The position numbers and the translations under genes are program-made. The notes under the pieces are model-generated. The model did no database searches. It saw nothing but the letters and a program-made list of their open reading frames with translations, and had not been told where the DNA came from. 64,000 nt of DNA from Octopus bimaculoides (taxonomy: Eukaryota), in contig NC_068983.1 of assembly GCF_001194135.2 (NCBI RefSeq), forward strand, positions 37,016,807 through 37,080,806. Direction: 5' to 3'. Positions 11,131-23,954 of this stretch are shown one piece after another; the stretch's first letter is position 1, and each line of letters starts with the position of its first letter.

Positions 11131-13749
11131 AAAATATGATAAACATAAGATTATCTACATATAATTCACCATTGTGGCAATTTGCATCTTCTGCATGTTC
11201 CAAGTGTAATTGGATTCTGAACTACAACAGCAGAATGGCGCATATATGTGCATATACATGTACAGCGACACACATTTGATAGGCTTCTCTAGTTTCTGCC
11301 TGCCAAATTTCACTTTCAAGGCTTGGAGTAATGAAACAATATATTTCTTCCACTATACAAAAAGAGTTGTAAAACTTTGAGGATTAAGGTAGTGATATGG
11401 ATGCTCAACACTAACATGTGTGTATGTGAATGTTAAACTACAGCACTTGAAGATGACCGGAGAAGATACTGATTACAAGTGTATGGTCATGAAATTAATG
11501 CATAATATTCTAGTAATAATTCCTCTAAGAAATATAGATATGTAAATAGATTTTATATGTTGTCAACTATTTTTAGGAAGGCTCGATAGCCTTAGCTGCC
11601 ATTGTGAAAAAAAGCATTTAAAAAAATTGACAACACGTAAATCACAATAAATGGTAAGGCAATAAAAATCAGGACTTTATATAGTTTGGGGGTATAAATA
11701 ACATAAGGCAAAGTATATATATATATACTGAATTATGAAGCTAAGGGCTATTGAAAAGCTGAAAAGAGCTATCATCAATTATCAATTGTCACTGGATGTT
11801 GGTCAGTTTTACACAAGAGGGCAATGATATTGACTCTGCAAAAGAAAATCCTAACCTAATGAATTGCAAACAACCCAAATCAAAATGACTTTACATATAG
11901 AGAATTACATTCATCAAACCAATCATGCACTGACACAGTTGTTTCAAGAGGCAGCGCTGAGCTACCAAATCCCATCAGACACTGACTAATTGCACCATGT
12001 CCATCACAGCCTTGGGTCATATATATATATAAACCAGGTAGAGTTGTAATAATCAGTCACGCACACACAAACACCCAAAGCTGCTTGGACATCAGCAACA
12101 GAAACAACACAAGTTAATCCCAGATTACAGAGTTGAAGCTGGTACTGCTTGTGTTAAGATTTAGATAGTGAATGAAAGACTCAATCACAGATCAAGTTAC
12201 CTGTTCATTTATAAAAGCAGGAAGCCACACTTTGATTTTCACAATAAGTCTTGTTTTGGTTGTCCATTCTATGCAGTTTTTTACAGTGTACATTGCTTCA
12301 ACTCAAACTGAGATTGATAAACTCAGTAGACCTAATGAGATTACTAATTGAGTTCTGTCAATGTTTACACAACATTAGAGAAGCAAATAAAGCAAATATG
12401 ACAAACACCTCATCTTGTATATGAAGGCAAAATCAGAGTTGAAATCAGTAAATATTTAACTGTAGAGAAATAGTGATTGCCCTCACACTGTATCAACTAT
12501 TNNNNNNNNNNGCTACAGTAAAATATTTTAATGTTTCAAGATAATGAAAGGCTTTCCTAAGAAAGTGAACTGCAAAATGAAATATATATTTATTTATACA
12601 AAGAGAAAATAGATATTTTATGTAATACAACTAGAAATGATTTCAGTTGGTTGGTTAATTCACAAAAAAGGGGAAAAAAATTTCTAAGATATCTGTTGTT
12701 GGATATGAGATTTTTGAAAATAATTTGTTTTACTCTATCAATCTTGTTAAAAGTGGTACATTTTTGTTGAAGACTACAAACAACTGTTGCTTCATGTATC
12801 AGTAACTGGGGTGGTTTTTAAGAAATTTTTTTTTAAAGTTAATATAAAAATTAGGTCTTTTTGTAACAGTGATGTCATTAGATAGCAATATTCTCCTAAT
12901 AAAAATTAAATTATTAACCAGTAACATATTCAAAACCTCGACTAGATAATACATAGCTACAAAATTAAAATACCATACCAACATAAAATTTTACTTTATA
13001 CTTCAGTTCTATAGTACCAAGTCTAGAACTTAGAGGTTATGTTTACCAAAAATGGAATCAGTCTCAAGTATATGACAAACAGAACTCTAGATATGAAAAA
13101 ATTAATTTAGAGATAAATATCTTTGAAATAAGAATCTACACAAATATGCTGTGTAATATTTGTATAAACAGAAACAATTATATAAAAGAAACAATATTAT
13201 ATAAACAGATAATAAAAATGAAATATTTTTTGAAGAAAGTCATTTTCAAATGGTAAGATGAGATTTTAAGATAACAACTAAAGTTTTGGTTCTTGTTACT
13301 TACAAATGCAGCACCGTGTTAAACAATGTGCAAGGAGTAATTTACTATTGTTTAATGAAGAAGAAGGAAAAAACCTTCTATTACATGTGATCTCAATTTC
13401 TTGAATTACCTTGATAGAGAATTTCAAATCAAATGATTCAAGGTTAGTTGAAACAAACATTTGTATAAAAATATTTTTGTTACATCTAAGCCTTTTTTCT
13501 CTAACTGATTTTTCTTTTCATCTAATATTATCAAAACAAGTCTTTAAAAGGGGGAAAAAAAAAACTAAAATATCCAACTCAAATATATTCACAAAAAGTA
13601 GTATAAAAAATAAAATATAAAATTTATAATAACTGTACACCAGTTATAACAGGTAGTAACCTACCCACTTGTGCAGTTATTATTAACACAAATAAATTTT
13701 AAAAAGAAAGAAAAAGCCATAGCTGTCAAAGCAAACAGATATATTAAAC

Positions 13750-13750
<1 letters not shown>

Positions 13751-13790
<40 letters not shown>
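13751..13790. repeat. (AAT)n microsatellite
   Basis: Direct reading of about 13 AAT units. Confidence 0.95.
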
Positions 13791-13792
<2 letters not shown>

Positions 13793-15899
13793 CTAAAACA
13801 ATTCCTGAAAACAGTAATGTTTGTTTCAGTATACCTGCAATGTCACTTGTCAACATTAAAACTAATATGAGGTAGAAAGCAAACCTTAAGAAAGCCATTT
13901 TCTATCTCTCTTTTTCTTTGAGAAGAGATTATAAGAAGATGGTGGAGAAGGTAATGAAATAAAATACTTAGAACAGGGAAGTTAGTCAAATTAACTGAAA
14001 TATTCAAAAACCTAATTTTTCTTCTGCAATATACAAATTACATACAAAAACTGTACACATACACACTATTTATTGGTGTTCTCACAAGCAAAGCAGCATT
14101 CCACATTGTATTAATGGTTTAAAATGCTGCTTTATTAATGGGACATGTGTGTTATATAGTTAATTAAATTTGACTACTTTCCAATTGCTTTAAGTTTCTT
14201 GTTCAAATGGTTAGAGAAAGCAAAATACTCAACAGATGTAAGATATATCAGAAGCTCTCAAGATACATTTGGATATGGTCTCTTGTGACATCAAGTCTTT
14301 AACTGGCAGAGCATAGAGTATAAAAATTAAAGGGTAAAAAAAAAATTTTTTTAAATAAATTTTTCTTCTGCAAAAACAGAAAGAAAAAGAATCATTGAAT
14401 TAAGAAACTGAGAAAAGTAGATATCTAGTTACTGATCCACAACCACAAAGAAATATGCCAGAGTATCACAACTATATAAATACAAGTTGAAAGGTGTTTT
14501 GAGACAGGTATTTGTTGTGAGAGCTTATTGTGTAACTTAAGTGAATGTTGTATATATATTAGTATGGAAATAATGGTTTTCAGAGTCGGGTGTTCATCTT
14601 TTAGACAAGAACCCAAATATGAAGTGAGACTACCAACATACAGGCAGAAAAGAAATAAAAGAAAAACAAAACATATTTGTAAGTTTGGTCAATAATAAAT
14701 TGAGGATTATTCACAGGTAGACATACAGGTATAACACACATTCTTGTTAAATGAACACATTTCTACACAAGAGTATAAAAACTACACATAAATGAATGTT
14801 TTATATAGTTTCAAATTTTAACAAACTTGGTATAAAAAAACAAATATGAAAATTAATTTATTTTGGAAGTATATAATCAGGACATTTGGGTGGATGTAAT
14901 TGTTTCAAGTAATAAATAGAAGTATCTTAATATGAAAATCAAAATGTATGTATGTGTGCAGAGTTCTCTAAATAAATGTACACACACATCAGGAAAGGAA
15001 AAAATATATTTATATTTATATATTTATACAGAACTTACAGTTATACCATCCTGTTACTCACTGTATATTTTCATGAGTAGTCACAGTAACAGATTTCCAG
15101 GTTCTGAATAAATTCTTTCTACAATAGGCATAACTGATACTTATTTCATCAACCCCAAAAGGATGAAAAGTAAAGTCGACCTCAACAGAATTTGAACTCA
15201 GAACATAGAACATTTTGTCCAGTGCAGTAACAATCCTGCCTGCTCACTGCCTTCAAGTTCTGAATGAATAGCAACAAATTCTACTACTTGCAACAACAAC
15301 AAAAAAGTAACAATATATATTATGCTCCTATGACCACTTCATACTGAATCCAGAATAAGAAAATGTATGTAGTGTATATATGTAGTATATAAATTATATG
15401 AAGTGATGTATGAAGGTAAGCAAATGAAACGATAATCTATGAGCAGCTGATTAATGAAAGAGTCTCTTTTATTAGATCTTTAATAGATATTCTTTCAAAG
15501 CTTATCTGTAAATAAATATCAGGTGTATCCGATTAAGCTGTTTATTTTCGTAATTAAATTTAACTACATCTGCTTAATGCCAGCTGCACAAGTATATACA
15601 AACATATATGTAAAAGGCATCAAAATGGATAAATAATATTCTTGTTTCTATTTGGTTTTAAATTTGGCAAAAGTTGGTTGTAACAACGTATGGATAAGTA
15701 TAACTTATACACTCAAAATGAGATTCTAGTTTCAATGGAAAAAAAAACAACAAAAAACAAAAACTACAGTAACATCAATGCTTGTCATAATTAGCTTTCA
15801 AAGGATCTTCATGAACTGGCAAATCACAGTAATAGAAACATTTTAGGCTTGCTCTTATATATATATATATAATATATGTTACATGTGCAGGATACACAT

Positions 15900-16312
15900 A
15901 CATAGGCCATTCCTGAGGTTTTTAGACTTTTTTCAAGAGATACAGTGATAACTGTTCTAAATTACTGTAATTTTAGTGTATCATTACTATACATCTAATA
16001 AGCTGACATCAAAACTGCCCCTCAGCCTCCTTACAGTCCAAACCTTGTTCCCTGTAACTTTTGGTTGTTCCCCAAGTTGAAAGAGAACCTCGGGGATAGT
16101 CATGTTGAAGACACTGAGAAGATGGATTCTGTGACGTGGGTCCTGGACACCTTCACTTTCAGGACTTCCATGAGACCTTCAACAAAGTAGCTGGAGTGCT
16201 ACAACATGTGCATTAAAATTAGAGGATCCTACTTTCAAGGAGTTTTGTATTTCTTTGAAATTAATGAATGTCTTTCCTGAAAAAGTCTCAAAGCTTCTGG
16301 ATTGCACCTCAT
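15900..16312 (+). mobile_element. Internally deleted mariner element (transposase C-terminal remnant)
   Basis: Translates PQPPYSPNLVPCNFWLFPKLKENL (mariner HPPYSPDLAPCDF.LF motif). Degenerate inverted ends ...GAGGTTTTTAGACTTTTTTCAAG / CCTGAAAAAGTCTCAAAGCTTCTGGATTGCACCTCATA. Confidence 0.8.
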
Positions 16313-16711
16313 ATATACAAACAGCAGAGCAGAAAACATTTCCCTTTGGTTCTCTACGTTTAAGAAACTAAAATATATGTTACAGAATGAAAAGCATGGC
16401 TTAATTAGTTACGTACAAAATGTACAGAAATCCATCTCTCCGTGAAGGAACAATATCTTAGCTTATATAAAAAGGAGAAATGCTTTACCAAAAAGATATT
16501 GGTTTCTCTTCAATTTTAATGCATGAGAATGGGAATGATGTAACTTAGAATCTATGACAAGAAAGGAAGATATTTTGGAGAGACAGATTTGTCAGTCTTC
16601 TTCAGGTTCTTTTAGCAAAAGCAGTATTATTAAACACAAGACAAAAAAAGAATACATAAATGTTAGTTACATGGTACACTAAGCATGGAAACTGCTAATA
16701 GAAAATCTTGG

Positions 16712-16783
16712 TCAAAGCTTTGAGCAAATTTCCCTTGTGTATTCTGAACATTTAGCATTTCCTCCAAGATCTTTGGTGAGATA
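16712..16783 (-). CDS. IDH3A: IDH3 alpha subunit, exon 11 (last): YLTKDLGGNAKCSEYTREICSKL*
   Basis: Acceptor TTGTTGCAG|TAT, stop TGA at 16714-16712; conserved LTKDLGGNAKCS. Confidence 0.95.
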   Translation of the reverse strand, partial: YLTKDLGGNAKCSEYTREICSKL

Positions 16784-17107
16784 CTGCAACAAATAAAATA
16801 TTTAAATAAATAAAATGTTTTTAATATAAATTTAAATTAAATGCAAAGTTACTGATAGTATTGATGAAGGCTAATGCATATAAATACTTTAATTACTGAT
16901 AATAATTTTAAACAAAGAGAACACACATGGTTTATAAAGAATTAAAGGTTTAGATTATAAAATTGTTGTTTTACTGTAGAAGTAATGTTGGCTCCTACAA
17001 GCTGCTATGAACTTTCACAAATAGCTTATATTGATAGGAAGCCTGTTAAATTTGCATGGTTAATTAGGAACTTCAAAAATGAACAGACTAATAGTCTTTC
17101 TCAAACC

Positions 17108-17350
17108 TATAATTCTTCCCAACTCATATAGACTCATGGGACTGGTTTCCTTGTTTCTGAGGTGCACATTTCCACTCCACTGGACAGGACATTGGTCCAT
17201 CACAGGATTATTCATTTTCGCCAGCTAAATGGACTGGAGCAGCATGAAATGAAGTGTTTTGCTCAAGAACACAACATATCACCCAGTACAGGAATTGAAA
17301 CCACAACCTTATGATCATGAGTACAACACCCTAATCACTAAACCATGTGC
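17108..17350 (-). mobile_element. SINE family D (tRNA head)
   Basis: Minus strand GCACATGGTTTAGTGATTAGGGTG...GGTTTCAATTCC (A/B boxes); sister copy at 55645-55880. Confidence 0.7.
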
Positions 17351-17529
17351 TTATATTGCTTACATATTTCATGTTTTCTAACACTATTTCTATGTCTACA
17401 ATTTGTTTAATACAGTATGTGTTACTCCTTCGCAAAGAACTAAAATGTCATGAATTTGATTATCTAAAACTCTGGGAACTTCTATCCAACTTGTGTTGAT
17501 CAAATATATACTGATTTTTTACTAGCCAC

Positions 17530-17705
17530 ATCATAATCAACATTGAATGTCCATTTTCCATGCTGGCATGGGTTGGGTGGCTTGCCAGGAAATTGGCAAG
17601 GCCAGGGGTCACACCAGGTTCCATAGTTTGTTTTGGTTTGGTTTCTATGGCTGGATGCCCTTCCTAACACCAACCACTTTATAGAGTGTACACAGGACCA
17701 TGTCA
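17530..17705 (-). mobile_element. RTE 3'-tail repeat
   Basis: TTTTCCATGCTGGCATGGGTTGG...GCTGGATGCCCTTCCTAACACCAACCAC. Confidence 0.8.
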
Positions 17706-18581
17706 TTGCAGAAGAGCAGAAATATTTAATCACATCAGAGAAATTAAAAACACAGGCAACTTTGATAAAATTAGAGCTCAGAGCATACAGAGAAGGACCT
17801 AAATATTATAAGCCATTCAATCAGCCAAACCTTTTCATAAAGCGCTTCCATACTACTCCAGATTTTGGTTTTATTGAAAGAAACATTAAGACAACAAAAT
17901 TCAAACAGAATCAGTTGATGTCTGTTCAGATATTTAAGCAATTCTGGAGTGAAATGATAATGAACACCACAAAATCAAAGACAACAATATTGGGAGTGAA
18001 GGAGTGAGTGATATACATAGAACATTAGTAAACCTAGGTTGTTCTTGCTTAGCTCCAGGTCTGACTGATTAAGAGAAACTACATCTGACAGTGTTCCAGC
18101 TATGACTACCCAATTTTTTTGAGACATAACATATCTAGGTTTGCACTGTCAAATGTGTTCTCTCTTTTTTTTAAGACAACAGAAAGATTTGGTTGCAATT
18201 CTTAGCAAGTCAAGCATCTATACAGAGCTCTCTCACTGACTCAAGATGGAAAATAAGATGCAATATTTTAGAGACTAAAGGTGAAAGCATGCACTGTTTG
18301 ACTAAATCACTGGAGTGGTGGGTAGAGAATAAAAAAGTAAAATTATATCTCCAAAAGTGAATTTTTTTTTTTTTACCAAGATTTCTTAATTTAACACAAA
18401 CATTCTCTAGTTACCACGTTGGGGCAATTTAAAAGTTAAAAGATATACTATATATTCTGGCATATGTGTTGAAATGTTCAGGCCAAAATTTACAGCCAAG
18501 ATGACTTTGGAGGACCAAAAATTCAAGTGAAATGCAGCACAACTTGGAAAGATTGTGATGATGTTAGAATGTTTACACTAC

Positions 18582-18812
18582 GTCATCATCATCATCATCA
18601 TCGTTTAACGTCTGCTTTCCATGCTAGCATGGGTTGGACGATTTGACTGAGGACTGGTGAAACCAGATGGCTACACCAGGCTCCAATCTGATTTGGCAGA
18701 GTTTCTACAGCTGGGTGCCCTTCTTAATGCCAACCACTCAGAGAGTGTAGTGGGTGCTTTTATGTGCCACCAGCACGAAGGCCAGTCAGGCGGTACTGGC
18801 AACGGCCACGCT
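18582..18812 (-). mobile_element. RTE 3'-tail repeat, well preserved
   Basis: (CAT)7 CGTTTAACGTCTGCTTTCCATGCTAGCATGGG ... GGCAACGGCCACG; ends about 55 bp from the IDH3A exon 10 donor. Confidence 0.9.
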
Positions 18813-18866
18813 CTACATGTTCACAAATTATCAACACTACTGTCAACAAAGTATCTAAGTACTTAC

Positions 18867-19019
18867 TTTGCCTTCTCTTATTACAGATAACACACTATTT
18901 TCAATGTTGGCAGCAAAATCCATGAGACCCATGTGACGTAGCATCATAACAGCACTAAGCAAGAGTGCAGTTGGATTAGCCATATCTAAACCTGCAATGT
19001 CGGGAGCTGTGCCATGTAC
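18867..19019 (-). CDS. IDH3A: IDH3A exon 10: [51 protein letters not shown]
   Basis: TTTTTCAG|GTA ... AAA|GTAAGT; 153 nt; family signature [18 protein letters not shown]. Confidence 0.97.
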
Positions 19020-19164
19020 CTGAAAAAAATATCAAGTTTATTACATTAAAGGCAATAATTAAACTCTTTCCACTTGTAAAAAACAATTCAGGTAAAAAAA
19101 AAACCGCATTCATTGAAGCTAATGAATCAATGATGTTACAGGCAATAAAAATGATAAAATAATT

Positions 19165-20660
19165 CTTTTATTTGTTTCAGTCATTTGACTGTGGCCATGC
19201 TGGAGCACTGCTTTTAGTTGAACAAATCGACCCCAGGACTTTTTCTTTGTAAGCCTAGTACTTATTCTATCGGTCTCTTTTGCCAAACCGCCAAGTTACA
19301 GGGACGTAAAAACACCAGCATTGGTTGTCAAGCGATGGTGGTGGGAAAAACACAGACACACACACACACATANNNNNNNNNNNNNNNNNNNNNNNNNNNN
19401 NNNNNNNNNNNNNNNNNNNNNNNNNNNNNNNNNNNNNNNNNNNNNNNNNNNNNNNNNNNNNNNNNNNNNNNNNNNNNNNNNNNNNNNNNNNNNNNNNNNN
19501 NNNNNNNNNNNNNNNNNNNNNNNNNNNNNNNNNNNNNNNNNNNNNNNNNNNNNNNNNNNNNNNNNNNNNNNNNNNNNNNNNNNNNNNNNNNNNNNNNNNN
19601 NNNNNNNNNNNNNNNNNNNNNNNNNNNNNNNNNNNNNNNNNNNNNNNNNNNNNNNNNNNNNNNNNNNNNNNNNNNNNNNNNNNNNNNNNNNNNNNNNNNN
19701 NNNNNNNNNNNNNNNNNNNNNNNNNNNNNNNNNNNNNNNNNNNNNNNNNNNNNNNNNNNNNNNNNNNNNNNNNNNNNNNNNNNNNNNNNNNNNNNNNNNN
19801 NNNNNNNNNNNNNNNNNNNNNNNNNNNNNNNNNNNNNNNNNNNNNNNNNNNNNNNNNNNNNNNNNNNNNNNNNNNNNNNNNNNNNNNNNNNNNNNNNNNN
19901 NNNNNNNNNNNNNNNNNNNNNNNNNNNNNNNNNNNNNNNNNNNNNNNNNNNNNNNNNNNNNNNNNNNNNNNNNNNNNNNNNNNNNNNNNNNNNNNNNNNN
20001 NNNNNNNNNNNNNNNNNNNNNNNNNNNNNNNNNNNNNNNNNNNNNNNNNNNNNNNNNNNNNNNNNNNNNNNNNNNNNNNNNNNNNNNNNNNNNNNNNNNN
20101 NNNNNNNNNNNNNNNNNNNNNNNNNNNNNNNNNNNNNNNNNNNNNNNNNNNNNNNNNNNNNNNNNNNNNNNNNNNNNNNNNNNNNNNNNNNNNNNNNNNN
20201 NNNNNNNNNNNNNNNNNNNNNNNNNNNNNNNNNNNNNNNNNNNNNNNNNNNNNNNNNNNNNNNNNNNNNNNNNNNNNNNNNNNNNNNNNNNNNNNNNNNN
20301 NNNNNNNNNNGGGTGACACGTAACGTGCGGGTGACACGTAAAAGCACCCACTACACTCTCTGAGTGGTTGGCGTTAGGAAGGGCATCCAGCTGTAGAAAC
20401 TCTGCCAAATCAGACTGGAGCCTGGTGTTGCCATCCGGTTTCACCAGTCCTCAGTCAAATCGTCCAACCCATGCTAGCATGGAAAGCGGACGTTAAACGA
20501 TGATGATGATGATGATGATGATGACAATGGGCTTTTTTCAGTTTCCGTCTACCAAATCCACTCACAAGGCTTTTGTTGGCCCAAGGCTATAGTAGAAGAC
20601 ACCTGCCCAAACTGCCACGCAGTGGGACTAAGCCCGGAACCATGTGGTTGGTAAGTTCAT
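19165..20660 (-). mobile_element. SINE family A split by a gap and an RTE-tail insertion
   Basis: 3' half at 19165-19372, N-gap 19373-20310, RTE tail (+) 20311-20522, SINE 5' half resumes 20523-20660. Confidence 0.75.
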
Positions 20661-20784
20661 TTTTCTAACAAAAATCCAAGAAGATCAACCCAGTAATTAC
20701 ACATTTTCAGTTACCTTAATTATGCTCAATTCTGAAAATGACTTATCTATTACTTCAGAACAATAAATAATAAAAACAAACATT

Positions 20785-21341
<557 letters not shown>

Positions 21342-21389
21342 CTATATAAATATAGTTGTTTTCTTTCTATTTCCTACTGCTAATGCCAG

Positions 21390-21777
21390 AGCAGCTCTCT
21401 GGCTTCTGTGCTAGTGGCCCGTAAATAGCACCATTTGAACGTAATCATTACCAGCGTTGCCTTCTAACACTTGTGCTGGTGGCACGTTAGAAAATCATTC
21501 GTGCGAGGTCATTGCCAGTGCCACTGGACTGGCTCCCATGCAGGTGGCATGTAAAAAACACCTTTTTGAGCATGGCCGTTGCCAGTACCGTGTGACTGGC
21601 CCTTGTGGTGGTGGCACGTAAAAGCACCCACTACACTCTCGGAGTGGTTGGCGTTAGGAAGGGCATCCAGCTGTAGAAACTCTGCCAGATCAGATTGGAG
21701 TCTGGTGCAGCCTTCTGGCTTGCCAGTCCTCAGTCAAATCATCCAACCCATGCTAGCATGGAAAGCAAACATTAAAC

Positions 21778-21805
<28 letters not shown>
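21390..21805 (+). mobile_element. Long RTE 3'-tail repeat with internal subrepeats and (GAT)9 tail
   Basis: Three GTGGCA(C/T)GT(A/T)A..A units, then the conserved terminal block and GATGATGAT tail. Confidence 0.9.
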
Positions 21806-21808
<3 letters not shown>

Positions 21809-21959
21809 CATTTCATGCTTTGCTAGTATTAGTATGGGTTAGACAGATCTGCAAATTCAGATATATTCAGAAACATTTTGAGAAAAAACTATATGGCAGC
21901 TCCTTTTACACTTCTGGTTGTTGACACAACACTGATATTCTGTGTAAATCACTTAGTAC

Positions 21960-22561
21960 TTGTTTCTTTCGAGTAGATGTAAGACCATGTTGGATTATAT
22001 TGAACACTCTTTAGATACATAACAATAATTACATCCAACTTCTTTCAGATATAATAGATAGCTATGATAGTTCTTTAAATTGTTCCACTGTTTTACATCA
22101 AACTTCTCTGCTAGTTCCTCAACAGATACGATGGAGTTCTGTTCCACCAGGGTTTGCAAGGCATCCTCAACAAGCTCTACAAATCTTCCAGAACTAGGCT
22201 TGTCTTCCAGGCTGTAGCTTCTAGCTCAGAATTTCTGGAACCACCATTGACAATGGCTTATGCTTATTGTCTGATCCTCGTATACTGCATTAATATTCCT
22301 TGCACTTTCCTTTGCATTGTTGCCTTTATTGAACTCATAAAACAAAATGTGCCGAATATGCTCCTTTGTCACTTCCATTGTAGCTTTGGAAAAATAGCTG
22401 TTAAAATTGAACTGCACTCTTCAAAACTTGCACTAAGAATAAGTATAAGTTAAAATTACAACCTGCTTTTATAACAAGTTGATGCAGGTAGTTTATCCCA
22501 TCCAACTCTGACTTCTAGTTCATGCAATTGTAAAAGAACCACATTATGGGATAACCCAATA
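21960..22561 (-). mobile_element. Mariner transposase 5' remnant with left TIR
   Basis: MEVTKEHIRHILFYEFNKGNNAKESARNINAVYEDQTISISHCQWWFQKF...SLEDKPSSGR resembles the Hsmar1/Mos1 N-terminal HTH; terminus TA-TTGGGTTATCCC at 22561-22548. Confidence 0.85.
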
Positions 22562-22700
22562 CAACCATATACATTTTTCCATACCTTAGGTTTGGAAACA
22601 AAATATATCTAACAAGCGAAGTGAGAACTCACTAGAAATATTTTTAATAAAATTCCAGGTTTTTATAAACAACAAGAAAGTCTTAAAATCTGAAACTTAC

Positions 22701-22765
22701 CTTAAGATGTCACCATAAAGGTTTGGCATGACCAAGACATCAAATTGAGAAGGATCTTGTACCAT
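22701..22765 (-). CDS. IDH3A: IDH3A exon 8: [22 protein letters not shown]
   Basis: CTTTCAG|ATG ... AG|GTAAGT; 65 nt; family signature [11 protein letters not shown]. Confidence 0.97.
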
Positions 22766-23088
22766 CTGAAAGAGAAAATATTAATGTGGTTTCTACACTT
22801 AAAAAGGAATTAAACATATTTAAGAAAAGAAGAGTTTACAGTTAATAAAAGGAACAAAACAACCATTTCTATCAATTATTGGTTTCATACCGAGACAAAA
22901 GACCTGAAATTTTATAAGTGAAAGGAGTGGGAATTTATGCCTGTTCATGTTTTTCTGACAAACTCTAGTAGCAAAAATGAACTATAAAATTAAAACATGG
23001 CAACAGTTTAGAATAATAATGCAACAATGAAGTCAATAGGAACAATTCCAATATGTTTGCAACACTCCAGAAAAGTTATGTAACTTAC

Positions 23089-23191
23089 ATTAAGACAAAC
23101 AGTATCTAAATATGACTCTTTAAATTTGATGTCTTTGTTTCGTTCGGCAACTTCTCGACAACATCTGAGAAATAAACCATCAGACATCTTC
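23089..23191 (-). CDS. IDH3A: IDH3A exon 7: (M)[34 protein letters not shown]
   Basis: TTTGCAG|G AAG ... AAT|GTAAGT; 103 nt. Confidence 0.97.
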
Positions 23192-23408
23192 CTGCAAATA
23201 AAAACATTTCAAAATTATCAGAGAGAAAAATATTTTTAACAGGTATTTCTTCATCTGTAATTGAATGTGAATACAACTGAACAAGCTAATTTTAAACAAG
23301 CATTTAATGGCAGCTCAATGTACATAAGCTTGGATGATAAAATGAGGCTGAATGAATTCTATATGAAGACTAAATTTATCAAAATGTTAGTGTTTAATAC
23401 AAAATGTG

Positions 23409-23797
23409 GAGGCGCAATGGCCCAGTGGTTAGGGCAGCAGACTCGCAGTCATAGGATCGCGGTTTCAATTCCCAGACCGGGCGTTGTGAGTGTTTATTGA
23501 GCGAAAACACCTAAAGCTCCACGAGGCTCCGGCAGGGGGTGGTGGCGAACCCTGCTGTACTCTTCCACCACAACTTTCTCTCACTCTTACTTCCTGTTTC
23601 TGTTGTGCCTGTAATTCAAAGGGTCAGCCTTGTCACACTGTGTCACGCTGAATATCCCTGAGAACTATGTTAAGGGTACACGTGTCTGTGGAGTGCTCAG
23701 CCACTTGCACGTTAATTTCACGAGCAGGCTGTTCCGTTGATCGGATCAACTGGAACCCTCGACGTCGTAAGCGACGGAGTGCCAACAACAAAAAAAA
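23409..23797 (+). mobile_element. Young tRNA-derived SINE family B with 13-bp TSD
   Basis: Head GAGGCGCAATGGCCCAGTGGTTAGGGC...GGTTTCAATTCCC; (AAC)n-A tail; TSD AATACAAAATGTG at 23396-23408 and 23798-23810. Confidence 0.92.
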
Positions 23798-23820
23798 AAT
23801 ACAAAATGTGTTTAGCTTAC

Positions 23821-23954
23821 ATGATATTAGCCTTGTGAACAGCAGTAACAGTAGATCTGTTGTTGTTGCGAGCATATTCAAAGGCATACTCTGCGACACG
23901 AAGGGATGCTGCTTCTGTGATGAGTTTAATACTTTGGACAACTCCATCCACAAT
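23821..23954 (-). CDS. IDH3A: IDH3A exon 6: [44 protein letters not shown](M)
   Basis: TATTTAG|ATT ... AT|GTAAGC; 134 nt; [10 protein letters not shown] motif. Confidence 0.97.

Noticed and set aside
19218-20444. Long ORFs spanning 19373-20310 (and likewise 42993-43272 and 56057-56612)
   Set aside because: Artefacts of translating N-gaps.
21390-21640. Repeat-spacer-like periodicity (constant GTGGCACGTAAAA plus variable cores) resembling a CRISPR array
   Set aside because: Eukaryotic context, no cas genes, the spacers are mutually related, and the same array recurs in every long RTE 3'UTR copy.
23104-23121. IDH3A KESYLD instead of the vertebrate NEMYLD
   Set aside because: This position varies among IDH3 alpha orthologues as I recall; the adjacent catalytic Asp (LDT) is intact.
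23409-23480. tRNA-like sequence (also 25599-25670, 28104-28175)
   Set aside because: These are SINE heads. A/B boxes are present but there is no complete acceptor stem, and they continue into SINE bodies with TSDs.
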